This document shows, in pieces, positions 28,156 through 33,930 of a DNA stretch of 33,930 nucleotides (its first letter is position 1; each line of letters opens with the position of its first letter). The stretch lies in assembly GCF_000315625.1 (NCBI RefSeq), contig NW_005434407.1, positions 19,825 to 53,754 of the forward strand, read 5' to 3'. The notes under the pieces are model-generated. The model did not search any database. It was not told the origin of the DNA and saw only the letters and a list, made by a program, of their open reading frames with translations. The DNA is from Guillardia theta CCMP2712. Lineage: Eukaryota; Protista; Cryptophyta. The translations under genes were made by a program, and so were the position numbers.

Positions 28156-29333
28156 ATGAGTTACACACTGTCGCCTCTAGTTGATGAAACCAAGCTTAAG
28201 ATCGAGGGTCTCTGTTTGAACGATAATCCAAAGGCAATGATTATTGTGAAGAATAGGATTAAACAGATGACCGATAAGGCTTGGAGATATCTATCAGGCA
28301 ACAACAATGCTGCTGACATCCTTGTTGAGAACATCGATAGGGTTGATTTCAATGCTCTAAAGAATACCAAGATCTATGCCAAGATCGTCAAGCACAAGCC
28401 TGATATGATTGACTGGTCTGTCCTCTCATCAAAGGATGATGAGGACGCCATCCAACTGTTGAGGGATAACCTTGACAAGGTTGATTGGAGGGTCCTTTCT
28501 GCCAACAAGGGTGCCATCGACATCTTGAAGGACAACCTTGATAATGTATATTGGAGTGAGTTGTCAAAGAATGAGAATGCCATCGAGATCTTGAAGGCAA
28601 AACCCGATAAGGTGGTCCATGACTCTCTATGGTTTAACAACAACCCCGAGGCAGCAGATATCTTAGACGTATCAAGGTGTGATCCAGTGCCCCCTCTGAC
28701 CATCAACAACTTTCTAAAGAGGTTAGACCAAGAGAGATACTCTAGATTTATGGAGGACAATGCATCGATCATATCGGAGAAAATCGATCATCTAGAATGG
28801 CTTGATGAGATATGTCTGGATTTGTTAAACATTATTGTAGAGAAGAAAAAGATCTTATCGAGGAGAATGCGTGGAATGAGATCTGCATGAATCCATTTGC
28901 CGAAAAGATTGTAAAGGACAACATGGATAATATTGAATGGAATGGAATCAGTTACAATAAGAGCGATTGGGCCTATGATCTGCTTATGGAGAACAAGAAA
29001 AATATTGTTTATAGTGGAGTGCTAAACAATAGCAATCCTAGATGGTCCGATACAATCAAGAAGATTCTTCATCGAAATTATGAAGATGCAATTATTGTTA
29101 TGATCAAGGCTGGAGACGAAAACTGGAAATTGAAATTGATATCAAATGAAGAAACAAGCAATATATTGGCTCAATACTATAATATAGAGGACTTCCATCA
29201 AGAGCTGCATGATGCTTTAAGTACCTTTGTCAAGGATATAAAAAAGACAGAGGAGATTGAATTCCTCAAGACACATCTAAAAATAAAGCTATTCTACAAG
29301 TATATCAGCAGATGTCCAGCTATCTTTCAATAG
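28156..29333 (+). CDS. NCLDV-type W-x2-LS-x-N repeat protein, frameshifted at the A5 run 28846-28850
   Basis: Repeats such as DKVDWRVLSANKGAIDILKDN continue in the second ORF (AWNEICMNPFA, IEWNGISYN). One extra A joins them as EKKKDLIEENAW. Confidence 0.75.
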
Positions 29334-29503
29334 AAATAGTGTTGCAAAAAAATTATTGTATCTTATAATTTTTATTCAATGAGTTGTTAGAAGCTTACAT
29401 TCAAAACCAAATAAGTCTTAGCAGATTATACCAACATTGCCTTGAGAAGAAGTCCATTACAAGAAAATATTAAAAATGTTATGATTTTGTTTTTTTGAGA
29501 GAT

Positions 29504-29998
29504 TTATGGATGTTTTTGAAACAAGAATTCCAAAGCGCAGTCATCTCGCAATATCTCATGCACATCATCCCTAGTTATTGTGGTTTCATGTTTATCAGCA
29601 ATCAGATCATAGACCATCATCATTGTATATTCATACAAATACTCCATCACCTTTGTCAAGTATATTATGCTCTCTCTTGACATCTCCTCTTTGAATCCAG
29701 CCGACTTGAATATGTTCTGTGTCTCCTTCCAGCTCAACCTGACTCGGTGGTTACCTTTCTCCATCTCCTGCCATGCGCACGCAACGACATGATCGCAAGT
29801 GATGTCTATTGTGATGCTCCGCAAATATGTGTGAAGTGCATCAATGGTACAATCCTTGTTCTCATTCAAGTATTTTACAATCCTCTTTACAAATTTCTCG
29901 TAGATCATATCATTCAGGTATTGAAAGGCTGTGTCAGTAATATCTGCGTCAAATGTGACACCCTTGATCACATTGTAGATAGATACGATTGAGTGCAT
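29504..29998 (-). CDS. Fused histone doublet H2B-H2A
   Basis: SIYNVIKGVTFDADITDTAFQYLNDMI (cf. H2B [27 protein letters not shown]) and SIIYLTKVMEYL...DKHETTITRDDVHEILRDDCALEFLF (cf. H2A APVYLAAVLEYL...[26 protein letters not shown]). Confidence 0.85.
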   Translation of the reverse strand: MHSIVSIYNVIKGVTFDADITDTAFQYLNDMIYEKFVKRIVKYLNENKDCTIDALHTYLRSITIDITCDHVVACAWQEMEKGNHRVRLSWKETQNIFKSAGFKEEMSRESIIYLTKVMEYLYEYTMMMVYDLIADKHETTITRDDVHEILRDDCALEFLFQKHP

Positions 29999-30033
29999 TG
30001 TGTTGTGCTTTAAAAAATATCACTATAGCACAA

Positions 30034-30113
30034 TCATTTTTTGAACTGGAATCTGTAAATGTCGACACATTATCAGGATGCATAGTCACACACATATTCA
30101 TAATAAAAAATGA
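30034..30113. promoter_or_regulatory. Back-to-back AAAAATGA early-promoter-like motifs driving the divergent genes 29998(-) and 30150(+); representative of about 12 copies
   Basis: TCATTTTTT at 30034-30042 and AAAAAATGA at 30105-30113, each 35-36 nt from its ATG. Confidence 0.7.
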
Positions 30114-30149
30114 TGCATTATATTTAGTTGTGTGATTATCACCCATACA

Positions 30150-30734
30150 ATGAACCAACAGAGTATGAATGCGATGCTCCATAAAAAACAGTTTGACAAG
30201 ATCTGGTCAATGAAGAACAAGAAAAAGAACCCCGAGAAGATCCGTGCGTTCATGTCCTCGCAATTTGGTAAAGATCCTCTTCATGACATCCTTATCCAGA
30301 CTGCAGATGATACACAAAAATGCAGGGAGATTGTGTACAAATTCATCAAAGGAAAGGATATCAATTATTGCAATACACTTGAGATCGATAATAATTCGAT
30401 AGTGATCTTGAATCAGATTTCTTCGATCCGTGAGTATCTGAAGATGATTACTGCTTGCAAATTGCCAATGGATGAAAATAATCTAAAAAAAGTCTTCTTG
30501 AACAACACAGTCAATTTCATATTGACAGATATGAATGCAATCATCGATAACCCTAGTATTCTTGAGGAATTCTTCGACAATAAGATAACAGAAGAGACGT
30601 TTAAATGCAATATATGTGGAAAAACCAATATTAAGAAGAATGGATTGAAATCTTTATATAAAGCCGTGTATAAGGATGGTTCTGAAAAACATGTATGCGA
30701 GGAATGTATCTTGAACCACAAATTAGAGGTCTAA
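30150..30734 (+). CDS. Hypothetical protein with C-terminal CxxC...CxxC zinc ribbon
   Basis: CNIC...CEEC; ATG 30150 has AAAAAATGA 36 nt upstream. Confidence 0.7.
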   Translation: MNQQSMNAMLHKKQFDKIWSMKNKKKNPEKIRAFMSSQFGKDPLHDILIQTADDTQKCREIVYKFIKGKDINYCNTLEIDNNSIVILNQISSIREYLKMITACKLPMDENNLKKVFLNNTVNFILTDMNAIIDNPSILEEFFDNKITEETFKCNICGKTNIKKNGLKSLYKAVYKDGSEKHVCEECILNHKLEV

Positions 30735-31044
30735 GATAAGCCTGATGTACAATAGTATGCATCCAAATATTTTTATTATCTTTCAACCATCAATGCTAAA
30801 AAAGAGATATATATGTCTAATGCATATGAAAAAAAGTTGATAAAAGATGGTAAAGGATAAAGATTATTAAGCTATATAAAAGGGAAATATATTTTAGAAT
30901 CTTCTTCCATGTTGTTTACAACTATATATAGGAATTGTTTATGTGATGTGGATCTAATATATGCAACAATGGATTTGTATGATATGATGGGGGATGTTTT
31001 TAGTTACAATAGTAAAAAAATAGATGAACAGATTTGCTATTTTG

Positions 31045-31461
31045 TTATGGTGAAGGTTGATGGTAAGGCCTTATAGATATAGGGAGAACCTCCTTGAAGG
31101 TAATAACCTCTTGATGACCAGAATTAGTACCAATATACTCATCCTCTTGTTCACATTGAGCAAGCAACGGTAGATCACCTAGCATATCGATATACAAGTT
31201 ATAGATATGTATCCTATCTAATCTGATGTTCTCTTTGAGAAGACAGAGTATCTTTTTCTTTTCACAACATATGCGGGTCTTCCATCCGTGATTGTCATCT
31301 TGTTCTGGACGGCAATATTGCTCATAATACTCAAACACATATAGATTGTTAGGTGTTTGCCTCATCTTAGATAGTGTATCCATTATATCCTTGAATTCTT
31401 TGTCGGTAAGCTTCTCCTTGCAAGCAAATACTTGATCACTAAGTGAATCGATATATTCCAT
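31045..31461 (-). CDS. Hypothetical protein
   Basis: ATG 31461 (MEYIDSLSDQ) has AAAAATGA 29 nt upstream; the track's ATG 31494 lies inside that motif. Confidence 0.7.
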   Translation of the reverse strand: MEYIDSLSDQVFACKEKLTDKEFKDIMDTLSKMRQTPNNLYVFEYYEQYCRPEQDDNHGWKTRICCEKKKILCLLKENIRLDRIHIYNLYIDMLGDLPLLAQCEQEDEYIGTNSGHQEVITFKEVLPISIRPYHQPSP

Positions 31462-31936
31462 TGTGTTTACACATTGAAATGTTAATTCAATCATTTTTAT
31501 CTGGGAGAGCGCCCCGGACGAGCGTTAAGACAGAGGTAAGGCCTATATATCAGACATACACAATACCTCGTACAAGATCCATATGTAACTCTCTATGACT
31601 GCTTATTGAGCATTTATACAAGCATGTTGTAATATGTTGGATAATGACAATGGATTTGTATATGATATGAAGATAGATATATAGAGGTGTCATATCAAGT
31701 ATTGTACGTAGTCGTGTGAAGGGCCGGAGTCATGACGCTACCTTATAATTGAATTGAATTGATTGTTCACAAAATTAGAACATCGCTGTTATTGATAACT
31801 AAAAGAAGGGGTTTGTTTGTTTATAGGAAGTAAATAGTGGGTATTGCAAGATGTAAGATATGATGGCTTGATGTAGTTTTTATTTATAATAGTAAAAGGT
31901 GTGATATGGGGTTTTGTGAAGGACCCCTCTTAAGCT

Positions 31937-32917
31937 TTAAGACGGAATGAGATGATGCTGTTGATAGTAATCGTGATATCGATCATAGATGCATAGGTGT
32001 TGATATGCGGTCTCCTCCTTGCATATATCGAATTCATAGAATAGAGGATTGATATTCTCAACCATATCATAGTATATATAGGGATGTATCTTGGTATAGC
32101 ATTTCAATTTTTCATTCTGTCTAGGATAATGAGCATAAGTCAATTCAAAGGATCTCAGAAGCCATAATTCCAAGAAGATATCAGCTTCAATCCAAAACTT
32201 GTACTTGTTCTTCTTAGATATCAAAAGGATGCACTCCTTGTATTTCTCATCATATAGAACTGGCTTGAAACCATATTTATGGACATCTTTATCGGATACA
32301 CAATATATGAAGAACTCTTCTTGATCCTGCAAGTAAGTGACATTCTTGAGTTTCTTAGTATGAACCCTCTTGATAGTATCAATATCAACATTACGAGTAA
32401 GGATGTACAATTCACGATGACCTAGACGATTGAATGTATGGAACTTGAAGCAACTATCCGGTAACCATAGTTTATAAGGGAGAGATTGTATGTATGGGTC
32501 TTGAGAGAGTTCAAAATAATCCCATAATCTTCTATCATGAGACTTCTTGAAGAAGCAGAATTGTATCCGATAGAGCTCATTGATATGGCCATAGAGGGTG
32601 TGTCTGAGTTGTATGATACGTGTCTTTTGTTGTTTAAGGAGAGGATGGGGCTGATCAAAACACTTCCAATCAGGAAAAAGAAAGGTAAGGTCTGAAGAGA
32701 ATTGGATAGTAAGGATAATAAGATCGTGCAAGGAGAGTTCGATGTAATGTGGATGTAATATATCATATCTGAAATAGAGATAATTGAGAATGGCGTGAGT
32801 GGGATTATTGAAAGACCTGATATGGTTGGAGATGAGTTGGTACAATTTAGAGACAAGCTTATACTTATGTTTGATGTTATTCAAGATATCATCATGTAGG
32901 ACAGATAGATCAATCAT
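31937..32917 (-). CDS. Hypothetical protein, possible degenerate F-box-like N-terminus
   Basis: 326-aa ORF starting MIDLSVLHDDILNNI; ATATAAG 27 nt upstream. Confidence 0.65.
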   Translation of the reverse strand: MIDLSVLHDDILNNIKHKYKLVSKLYQLISNHIRSFNNPTHAILNYLYFRYDILHPHYIELSLHDLIILTIQFSSDLTFLFPDWKCFDQPHPLLKQQKTRIIQLRHTLYGHINELYRIQFCFFKKSHDRRLWDYFELSQDPYIQSLPYKLWLPDSCFKFHTFNRLGHRELYILTRNVDIDTIKRVHTKKLKNVTYLQDQEEFFIYCVSDKDVHKYGFKPVLYDEKYKECILLISKKNKYKFWIEADIFLELWLLRSFELTYAHYPRQNEKLKCYTKIHPYIYYDMVENINPLFYEFDICKEETAYQHLCIYDRYHDYYQQHHLIPS

Positions 32918-33440
32918 TTGCTATTGGAATATATGAAAGATATACTTATATTGAAGATGGTATTTATATCAATGATAAAAATTAATATGAGGTCGGTAAG
33001 GGATATAGGATGTCTCCACCTCTCCCTAAGGATTTTTTATTGTTGATGTATATGTTTTGTGTAGAATAAGTGGAAGCTGTTATTAAGCCGTCAGGACAGG
33101 GGGAAGCAGTACTTCTTCAAGCCCAACTCAATGATAATCCTTAAATGTGTGTGTTATCATTAGATGGAGTAGATGTTTCTTTCAGAAAACGATGGGTCGG
33201 ATAAAACACCGAAATAAGTCGTCCAACACAATATAAGGTACAATATCTATATGATGCTCTCTATATAAACTTTTTACGACTTATAGAGAGATGTTGAATA
33301 TATGATTTTATGATTTCAACATAGTTGTATAATGATATAAAGAATGACATAGAGATATCATATGGGTATTGTACAGAGTACGTGTGAAATTGTTCTTAAG
33401 CCTTATTAATCATGAGAGCTTGAAGGGAAAAACAAGACTC

Positions 33441-33866
33441 TTATGAGGAGATATTCTGTAAGAGTTTCTGTTGTTGATATTTTTCACGCCTCTTGCGGTT
33501 GATCTCATCCTTGTTCTGATGGTACCAATTCAATGAGGCTTGAGAATGATATATGCGATATTGTTGCATTTGTTCGGGAGTGAATTTTTGGATGCGTTCC
33601 TTGTTGTATTCATTCAACCTCTGTTTTTCTTCAGGTGACATATTGTGATATCTTTGAAGATTTGTATGATGGACCTGTTGGTACTCTCGTTGATATCTTC
33701 GTTGATAGTTCCGCTGATATTCAATCTTTTTTTCAGGCCAATAAGTCTTTTGATATTCCTTTTGATATTCCCTTTGGTAGTTCCGTTGATATTCCTTTCT
33801 TTTGAGTTTCTTCAATTCATCAGGTGACAACTCACTTAGGGTGGTAATAGAAGAAGGGTTCTCCAT
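33441..33866 (-). CDS. Basic helical protein with (R/K)(E/N)YQ tetrad repeats
   Basis: KEYQRNYQREYQKEYQK, YQRNYQRRYQREYQ and NKDEINRKRREKY. Confidence 0.7.
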   Translation of the reverse strand: MENPSSITTLSELSPDELKKLKRKEYQRNYQREYQKEYQKTYWPEKKIEYQRNYQRRYQREYQQVHHTNLQRYHNMSPEEKQRLNEYNKERIQKFTPEQMQQYRIYHSQASLNWYHQNKDEINRKRREKYQQQKLLQNISS

Positions 33867-33930
33867 TTGTATAATAGTATATACATGAAATTGTTCTTAA
33901 GCGCGTTTGAAAGTACTTAAAGAATAGCTA

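Noticed and set aside
28161-28772. Antisense ORFs within the W-repeat gene, and similar short antisense ORFs across the window
   Set aside because: Fully nested opposite to better-supported genes, with no motifs.

Overview
AT-rich, gene-dense, intron-free segment of a giant virus (Nucleocytoviricota) genome. RPB7, TBP, VLTF2 and a multidomain capping enzyme point to an Imitervirales-like virus (inference). The window opens with a GC-rich array of 332-bp palindrome-laden tandem repeats (1-976), which is either a viral genome terminus or a host junction. About 1-16 kb is mostly core or semi-core: HECT E3 ligase, PNKP, VLTF2, TBP, a degenerate RNA-ligase-like protein, capping enzyme, NET/ET-like protein, RPB7, VIT1-like transporter, deaminase and dUTPase. 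About 16-34 kb is accessory. It holds a fused four-histone protein (H2B-H2A-H4-H3), a separate H2B-H2A doublet, a plant/algal-type RWP-RK transcription factor, a sulfotransferase, a dead IS630/Tc1-like transposase fragment, DUF4116 and Cys/His-repeat proteins, a PARP-type ADP-ribosyltransferase and a CCCH zinc-finger protein. An AAAATGA promoter-like motif lies about 30-40 nt upstream of a dozen genes. The most notable hypothesis is a viral chromatin and host-transcription toolkit: histone quadruplet, second doublet, RWP-RK factor and ET-like domain. All family assignments come from motif recognition by eye; no searches were run.
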